Assembly: GCA_002433895.1 (NCBI GenBank)
Contig: DJJA01000001.1
Span: 15,438-79,437, forward strand
From: Candidatus Gottesmanbacteria bacterium UBA6580
Lineage (GTDB): Bacteria > Patescibacteriota > Microgenomatia > UBA10105 > UBA927
Direction of reading: 5' to 3'
Length of the DNA: 64,000 nt
A program made the position numbers and the translations under genes. Below the pieces are notes generated by a model. That model ran no database searches. It saw nothing but the letters and a program-made list of their open reading frames with translations, and was not told where the DNA came from. Shown here piece after piece: positions 59,801 to 64,000 of the stretch. Within the stretch, counting starts at the first letter, position 1. The number at the start of each line of letters is the position of its first letter.

Positions 59801-62800
59801 CCATTAGAACTGCCGTATCGTACCGCTTTCCAAAAGGACATATCGGGAAGTGCACACCCTGGTTCACCATCAACTGCATAAACAGTATTCGATGGCGCTA
59901 TCGCGACACAATCGCGTCGAAGCGCATTGATAAAGCGCCTAACTAACATTCGTATACCGGACGTGCGTGAGGCCAGATCACTCACTTGTATAGCGCTATC
60001 CACCTGACCCGCGTTCGAATTTCGTAATAATGATGTATCGTTTTCTCCGCGCGCTTGTTCTTTTGCACTCTCATCAATCTGCACTTGAGGCTTATCTTCC
60101 ATTGGATCTATACGACGATTTTGAACGCCATGATCAATTTTGTATTGCTGCAGAGTTTCTGAAGTCCAATCTGGATGTAAAACCTTTAGCAGCTGGTCTA
60201 TCCGACCCATTAGTGAAGTAATGTTTTTTTCTGCGGCAGCACGGTCATATAATGATACATTTGCGGTGATTCGTTTTCTCTCGATTTCCAATTGGGATAG
60301 TAACGACTGGATATGAGATTCCGGAGTAAATGAGTTATCATGCGTCACATTAATACCAAACCGTCCGAGTAACATGGCATAATAATCCATCCTATCCATC
60401 CCATATAGTGTCGGTGGACTTTGTAAAAATGGAATATTTGGATCCAGTCCATATGAAACTGTTGAGCGATTAGGAGCTGTTTTCTGTTGCACATACTGAA
60501 GTGGCCAAATCAAGTGGGGCAACGCCTCCGTTTTAAGAAGGATAAAACTATCAATGTGAATAGTACCGATTGTCGCATCATACGACCAATTTGAATATAT
60601 GCAATAACCCTGCATATTCATCCATGCGATCATGCTTCCATACTGCGTTGAAGTAAGCCCCGAAATACTCGTCTGTGGGCTGGAGTTTTCAACAACGATA
60701 ACACCTCCCGGCTTCAATAACTCAAAAAGCTCAGACAATGTGCCGAGTGGGTCGACGGCATAATTTAACGTATTTTTGGCAAAGATAATATCTTGCGATT
60801 CGTGCGTTATCGTAGTGCGCTGAGAAAGCGTTTCCATTTGTGCATCCTCACCGGTTATATATCGGGTATTACGCGGCAAGTCAGCAGGTGCATAGTTGAA
60901 GGCAGAAAGACCTGACACAAACACTCGATCGTTCCACCTACGTGATGATTCATATAAAAATGAAGCATCGGCGGTACCTAAATCCAAAATGTGTACAACC
61001 CTTGAGGTGTCTTGAAGTTTTGATTCTATAACATCGGTACTCGTGAAATATCTGAACTGGTATTGCGATTTCCCCTCGAAAGGATATTTGTTTATACCTA
61101 TGCCTGGGGGTCTTATAGCAATGCGATATTCTTGATCAATCAGGTCTTTTACAAATTGCGGCCTGCTTGCAGTAAAGGGGGCTGGCTGAGGTTGTCCTTG
61201 GGTAGGAACAGGATTATCATCTACTTCCGGATCCTTCTGCGGCGCGCCAAATCCAGGCACCCGCTCCCCGATCCACTCCCATACTTTACCCGCCGTGGCC
61301 ACGACGGTGGTTTGAGTTCCCCGGAAAAATGCGATCATCTGTTCCCAAGAAAACGGCATCAGGACAAAGCCCATCGGCTCGGCGGGGGTGCGCAAGCTGC
61401 TATCGATGACCGGTGCGTCTTGATCGCGTTCCGGCTGATTCACCGGCTGTTCTTCCGGTTGAATTTTTGTATACAATTCCGGGTTACTTACCCTCAAATC
61501 CTTCAGCTTCCCTACGATATGCGTGCCGGATTGATCATTAAGCGTGATATCTAGTGATGTGTTATCCAAAAATCCGTGTGAGCTCATATATGATAACAGT
61601 CGTTGCACCCCGGCAAGCGACCCCCCAATCGTCCAAATCCCGTTTGCTCCGTGAATGATCTTTGTCGTTGTCATGGGTTCGACAATGCCAGCCTTCTGGA
61701 GAAGCACATTGTGTGCTTGCGTTTGTGTCGTCCATAACAGACGACCATCTACGGTCAGCACCCCGATAAACGGTTGCTTAGCAATACCCGCGTACCGAAG
61801 ATCGCTTGCAGCTATATACGACTTTTTGTCCGTCGCAAGAGTCTCATAGGAGATTTCCGGAGAAGGAAGCATAAATTGCCATTTACCTGCTTTCATTTCA
61901 TCGTTCAGTGTCGTTCGCTCCATAACAAAGTTAGTCCCATCAAGCTGAACAAAGACGATACGAGATCGTGACACAGCTCCCACTAACAGATCTTCTTCTC
62001 CTGCATCTGTTTTTCGGACAAATGTATCACCCACGAGATACACAAAGTCATCAGACGTTCCCGCCAACACTCCGAGTGTGGTATTGGTGACACGCTGGCG
62101 TACACCTAAACCTTGTTCAACAATTACCTTGGTATCAGCGCTAAATTCCATACGAAGCAGTCGTGCAGCAAGTTCTTTTATATTCGTAAATGCCTCGTCC
62201 GGGATAGTGATGGTAAGCCCTTCTCGGTTTTGAAAGAGGTAAATATTTCCCACCAGCTCTGTTGTCGGTTCAGCGGAAGTAAATGTTATCGGATACGCCA
62301 AAAACACTTGAGGAAGCTTCGCATATGGATTGATAATTTCATCTAATTTACCTGCGGCTACGTCAGCAAGCGTCAAGGTCCCTTCACGTACCTGATCACG
62401 GAAAGCAAATGTCCAATTCGGGTAGGCGCCCTCCTGCAATAACACCCGCACGGCATAGTTCGCCAATCGTCGCCGTTCCTTGGGAGATATGCGGGCATTG
62501 TCCACTCTATCGATGCCGAGCTGACCGTTTTCAACAATGACGGCGATATAATTTGAGGGATTCCCTCCGACTGATCGTGCAATGGTATCGTGGGCAGTAT
62601 TGAATGTTCTTCCCAATATGACCCCTTGCGATGGGTCATTGATATTTATTATCGCCCGAAATGTCGCACCCTGATCCTGTAAAAATTCTCTTGATGCGGT
62701 ACCTAAAATTGCACGAAGAATTTCGCTTTGCGTTGTAGTTTCTGCCTGTAACAATTGATGGAATGTCAATACATTATCGGGATTTTGTATAAACACTCTC

Positions 62801-63999
62801 GTAGAAAGAGCCGTTCCAATGTCTGGTCTGATCGCAACCAAGTCGACTATTCTAGGATGGTTCAATATCGAAAATGCGACATCAACTAATCCGGGGTTTG
62901 CTATAAGAAACAGAAGTAACGAATGTGTATTTGTATCCGTAAGCCACGTGGGCTTACGACTCTTCTCGAAGAGGGTGAGCGCATTGGCTATCGCACTGGC
63001 GTTTTCGCTTAATGTTAATGCATATAATAGATGTGGGCGTGATTGTATCGGGATATCTTCATGCATGATACGTGCGAGTGTACCTTTACCGGCATATGGA
63101 GCAAGAATCTCATCGATCAGTCCGGCGTTTTGATCTCTTGTCCGAATAATCTGGACAGCCAAGTCATGACGATCATCCTTCGGTATGGATTCATCTGATA
63201 GGATGGTACGCACTGCCAGAATCGGCATTGATGAAAAACCTATTGATTTGAAATCACTTTGCGAGAGGTTGTGCCACAACACCTTAACCACTTCAATCCG
63301 GTTACTTCCCACAATCGACGAATCAGAAATATACTGCGAAAGGATTACGAAAATAATTGAATAATATTTCGTGATATTTTTCCTACCCAAAATTTCGAGC
63401 AGTAGTCCGCGCACATCGCTCGATTCTTTGGTAAGGAATACATCTTTCATAAGCGCCCGCATCCCTTGCTGGTCGATAACGTGCAGTCCGACCGATTCAA
63501 AATACTTCATTGTTTCAAAGGGATACCGATGCATATGCTGTGTCATAAGCTTGAGTATCCTCGGATCGGGATTTTTTATCTGCAGCCAAAGCGATTTCAT
63601 TATTTCCTTGTTTGCGTCGGTGGTGTCATCAAGCGCGAAAACCTGTTGAATAAGTTCAACCGATTCATCATCGTCTAACAATGATGAGAGTGCTTCTAAA
63701 CGGAGCTCCGTTTCCATCTGATTATCAAAGAGTAGTTCTTTAAAGAATGGAATTACTTGTTCATCCGGGCTGTCCGCCCAGGATTGCACGATTCGCAATG
63801 GGATTGTATTGGGAATTTTTTTATTTTTTACTATCTGTCGTGCAAGCCGAATCGATAGCGGATCACGCTGATCCATCGACCATAACTGCTCCACAAAAAG
63901 CGTTGTTCCCGTAAGGCTTTCCAAAAAACTATCAGGAATTGATTGATTTCCTTCTGTCGGTTGGGCAACAGATCGGTTTGCAAGAAGAAGCGGCCACAC
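50827..63999 (-). CDS. Giant modular protein (>4390 aa, 5'-partial): helical/HEAT-like region, SAM-MTase, 2x GHKL ATPase, HExxH, MTase-like fold, TM, poly-Pro, Cys-rich repeats, C-terminal zinc metallopeptidase
   Basis: Uninterrupted 13.2-kb frame open to the window edge. Motifs: ILDLGTAD...LKPGG; ELILNGID...DFGEGI...GKFGAGF; EVVTNAYEA...DEGVGM...HFGHGF; HEQIH; HEVMH...EEFAE. Confidence 0.88.
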   Translation of the reverse strand: MWPLLLANRSVAQPTEGNQSIPDSFLESLTGTTLFVEQLWSMDQRDPLSIRLARQIVKNKKIPNTIPLRIVQSWADSPDEQVIPFFKELLFDNQMETELRLEALSSLLDDDESVELIQQVFALDDTTDANKEIMKSLWLQIKNPDPRILKLMTQHMHRYPFETMKYFESVGLHVIDQQGMRALMKDVFLTKESSDVRGLLLEILGRKNITKYYSIIFVILSQYISDSSIVGSNRIEVVKVLWHNLSQSDFKSIGFSSMPILAVRTILSDESIPKDDRHDLAVQIIRTRDQNAGLIDEILAPYAGKGTLARIMHEDIPIQSRPHLLYALTLSENASAIANALTLFEKSRKPTWLTDTNTHSLLLFLIANPGLVDVAFSILNHPRIVDLVAIRPDIGTALSTRVFIQNPDNVLTFHQLLQAETTTQSEILRAILGTASREFLQDQGATFRAIININDPSQGVILGRTFNTAHDTIARSVGGNPSNYIAVIVENGQLGIDRVDNARISPKERRRLANYAVRVLLQEGAYPNWTFAFRDQVREGTLTLADVAAGKLDEIINPYAKLPQVFLAYPITFTSAEPTTELVGNIYLFQNREGLTITIPDEAFTNIKELAARLLRMEFSADTKVIVEQGLGVRQRVTNTTLGVLAGTSDDFVYLVGDTFVRKTDAGEEDLLVGAVSRSRIVFVQLDGTNFVMERTTLNDEMKAGKWQFMLPSPEISYETLATDKKSYIAASDLRYAGIAKQPFIGVLTVDGRLLWTTQTQAHNVLLQKAGIVEPMTTTKIIHGANGIWTIGGSLAGVQRLLSYMSSHGFLDNTSLDITLNDQSGTHIVGKLKDLRVSNPELYTKIQPEEQPVNQPERDQDAPVIDSSLRTPAEPMGFVLMPFSWEQMIAFFRGTQTTVVATAGKVWEWIGERVPGFGAPQKDPEVDDNPVPTQGQPQPAPFTASRPQFVKDLIDQEYRIAIRPPGIGINKYPFEGKSQYQFRYFTSTDVIESKLQDTSRVVHILDLGTADASFLYESSRRWNDRVFVSGLSAFNYAPADLPRNTRYITGEDAQMETLSQRTTITHESQDIIFAKNTLNYAVDPLGTLSELFELLKPGGVIVVENSSPQTSISGLTSTQYGSMIAWMNMQGYCIYSNWSYDATIGTIHIDSFILLKTEALPHLIWPLQYVQQKTAPNRSTVSYGLDPNIPFLQSPPTLYGMDRMDYYAMLLGRFGINVTHDNSFTPESHIQSLLSQLEIERKRITANVSLYDRAAAEKNITSLMGRIDQLLKVLHPDWTSETLQQYKIDHGVQNRRIDPMEDKPQVQIDESAKEQARGENDTSLLRNSNAGQVDSAIQVSDLASRTSGIRMLVRRFINALRRDCVAIAPSNTVYAVDGEPGCALPDMSFWKAVRYGSSNGVLGSTMKEWWAKQLAVNLPFGQVDTGRANMASIVRSVAEQSLLETPIQPDDVRGIQKRAEEIITTLGITDVGIQRQVYDIVQGEVAKPNRISLFDLVGAMQGHTGEEIAAALREGKRSIQSLITASSKAAITTARSVIRTLAFHQFANWDTRPIIELILNGIDTEDRYIFRTGEQLQKRVDVELEDGYARVRDFGEGIGLEWLYNLLNAGETGNLEESGTIGKFGAGFKSIFVYLKRPEDRVVFRTVTPDGQGERWEFGVDENGEIWYVRSALIPSDIERIGRGSELEIYSRDIHSEAVSADIQKTLQHVESADIYVQMNGAAPQRINAQNGVDVLGSVSVNEVVPDKYIVQPAIQLKVDTTTGLTQKGERTEIKLTVNGVYFDSIYVDSVGEPKLFILDFQKDFLSYSRDRGVPYPNALTMNVMNTLVKNMLRSRPNELLAHANVLYEAFEIMVKRAPASALEEGTNPVIELVRIVQDYVVSLNSDIPIFMDDPELRGMTKGAGYTYLRPEFLENSSYIPAEMQDGQYPHVVYVSFDGDAKRFAHVTNDGYLLLDRSLKSVMSDPEQRKNILPVLQAIVDTHAHVDGRNLQDRFILPEMSQAERAFDDRTEVEQPDYADRLRVLSTALIEKRNTATTRIEYMRWHHALLVIASYGTNIIPTLFKQDHHLGEITFALKPEDIISIVEAIPYDQKGEPMPPPLSLQADQIVSELTSGVDTSYGQIWIDAIHTQSDASVQMELYRYYIYRSIRFHLQRIQSTDSVGLSRIDFAPGPVWENIIRSAQQRFPRFDSRYTKINATRGEFDPDPILMLISLMEGSDDIQYLKSPYVSLNHFVDVLNLGSNYASYYKFVRANLIYALIEKRAVDPDDRDSIRKVFEDVDGMFEELLGGKSKEYVEETLTAMNRTVLANGRLGQIQDALSKRGTLSMDILPYIHLLFSDIPAFGAQPENAIRTQKEKYRNAMYLSSIVLAKNSDAETEAAFDAAKTVDTVQDVISSMQSKYPAEKKAELITRAKASIKRAYEQTVDDFKFLQEVVTNAYEASRNNATTPTYSVTSWLEADSRFVLSMHDEGVGMDTETIMGSLLQPNVSGWISENLHFGHGFFTLFRLGEEVRLRTTKDGKTRTLILTPVKDGDRLVDVRIVVAERDAKEGERGTTIEWVTSTENPGLFASKLWSRVGQYVGFFDPNKMKLSWNGMQVNQGVEVLATARHESGDEVSILRSAGEQSFNLNQLYLRDADESFTHSWPNIVTSILTGHGFTLNIDSADAQRLEGGGDFVGRETKIQQLKRSIIQVGIQAAAKLFVEGTIQAEWLPNDVIKEAEQYKKKIHKAIANDAASLAKGASISDWSRYSDGASANENTMLLLLSIPSIEVDGIRYSWFDAVIRGKQDAEFLAVLPQSLRDEIGVNALRETMQTEEGEEEVIAYGLLESDPSLLNDGETNAEAMRAWQTAAALYLRTVDQALQIQNEYVQEFFVKSDKSIAHAYDRLTNISWNLTQIYPMLETMHRLLGATKNEAGQWKDAQGNEIAESVILWMWNNLIDVTTHEQIHIYRKESEQAWTHTPEFYNQHLDSLSILLKLSAQGKGVNLDQMVTDLQKQYKTTTPFDVPERFKDTGDTGLFPAEPLGWVWLPISWDQIETLLHRVQDWILERVNQNGTRGINIQDANREVAPTNVSTAKLEEEIQAYYREYSLTDRTDTKRLMALYERLLSHLLGPDDTVIYPFMGTDTLIAAHAPTYWLNDDVQDYVRGDRFVRASFDASTAERLNSSARQQLQNRDQALSATDIENYRAIRESIGNKPVTFILKGFTFANGSLVDPDELLRRIVSQVLRPGDRIIALTELDAEILTRVTQGNSDIEHSLVLPIEEKLHPNVAFVEERGFYFPTAVRMGTVKERVQQGVGSPVVQDEPVQLNASVVQRENETEKPRSFESAQFGILSRIRFALSRLYIQFIHRLLPTKFIEQRAGALYTSAQAITTLSNIVGIDEQKLRTIAQQIALDLERTHPIVVQATLLRIVSQRQFFRNPATVYTDAYNPAIERLARRISEIARYELNITDKTAVVQEMLALLQSTFDGITPQTIGRRVDMGIVLIQSILQVRNTKDVRDMLREMIKTSRFSEVKRETLNQMLNVRFSEEEIVSYLPRLNDDEKQLMAQNFSDKAYREVLASLTVEELRTVDERVRGKDFIGSIGIERSDKLLVAWRLHFLPFGTLHNVDYNQQTLTMGIIDMGRLVDALRLMPWFKRPTRLIGTTNLQMAMFAIQTLGFRLDDLLEVETPQGVLYDIDALIYIYKHPELYKDPRSVNISISTGELMRVWNSNPLQRYLSRAVRNERASRLTAIMAETVGVDAEITRQATRVAIDEQQTENDQQEQVQENRPTSLPTTPLNQLPRVRIDQLTAETQDQDVVTAGKTREALEQPQARDTKSKGEVLSKAIIDTFTNPDCYAMRSEYAVFAAETTRDGICPTWGRSPRRVVRGIRNRNEREQMEADARRYVRMLVLSVPPLGFLVDGALKAGIWYITAPPPPPPPVVSQCTLGSCAENGLCPAGQQCSATGCCTQLPSYEDFVCSVDGQYLLKRTMMAPGGFSIDVNQSFRCLDGCVNNDCVQKAQMVFPEVCTEEMRRTPMLYGFDSNAGVMNSCLVIDEQATMSYYREFTCSADGSSVVERSTGNVVRTCLGNQTCKQSGDIADCLGPVGYVRPQSAVIDMVCQGNDVYLFDSDKQAAIQQVASCPVHGCQQGACIAYEGERCDRYAVPGALDINAHVSVDGMPISCNAEGNVTITDGLNKRADVITGVNNIKNQVYDALALLPPGFLKKDFEIVVYPSGILYGDDPSWQSFWQLLRGSGRDNIGGVDNNTFPYHRRILLTEQAPELMTYAVVHEVMHAYAVDQLTIPVFVPLAGFYNMFSVGQHTNTPVGFHSMIGCKPDGTYDGAPFSDYENPDCAEEFAEEGAGYVFKACELKAYNEDRYNYFKNEVFEGREYLPPQGCVN

Positions 64000-64000
64000 C

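Noticed and set aside
296-63678. Numerous 60-240 aa alternative-frame and antisense ORFs in the track (e.g. 43791-44510, 34875-35471, 20885-21478)
   Set aside because: All are nested in well-supported genes and lack motifs; they are treated as shadow ORFs.
1-64000. Alternative genetic code (TGA recoding) or prophage origin of the fibre-like gene
   Set aside because: TGA terminates many genes at ATGA overlaps with full-length products, and no capsid, terminase or integrase genes are visible.

Overview
Gene-dense bacterial chromosome segment using standard code 11, with many 4-bp ATGA stop/start overlaps. Gene content and style suggest a CPR/Patescibacteria (Microgenomates-like) genome; this is inference, as no marker gene is present. 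The window has four parts. (i) 1-11.5 kb: large surface proteins, including a 5'-truncated GNVGIGT fibre-like protein and a 2126-aa LamG/5-blade-propeller protein. (ii) 11.7-13.6 kb: three type IV pilin-like genes. (iii) 13.6-50.8 kb: a ~37-kb surface-glycosylation island with 2 Wzy_C/O-OTase-like genes, GT2/GT4 enzymes, an Alg14/Alg13-like pair, a radical SAM enzyme, a WecE-like aminotransferase, RmlC, polyprenol-P sugar synthases, ~9 GT-C-type membrane proteins and a PIG-L protein. (iv) 50.8-64 kb: the 3' 13.2 kb of a giant (>4390 aa) modular protein carrying methyltransferase folds, two GHKL ATPases and two HExxH zincins, separated by two families of recurring linker motifs. The best candidates for novelty are this cassette-built giant protein, a 137-bp inverted-repeat element with a TATGA duplication that splits the alg14/alg13 overlap, two related promoter/small-ORF loci, and an apparently leaderless promoter architecture. 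No rRNA, tRNA, CRISPR array or transposase was recognised. All domain calls come from motif recognition by eye; no searches were run.
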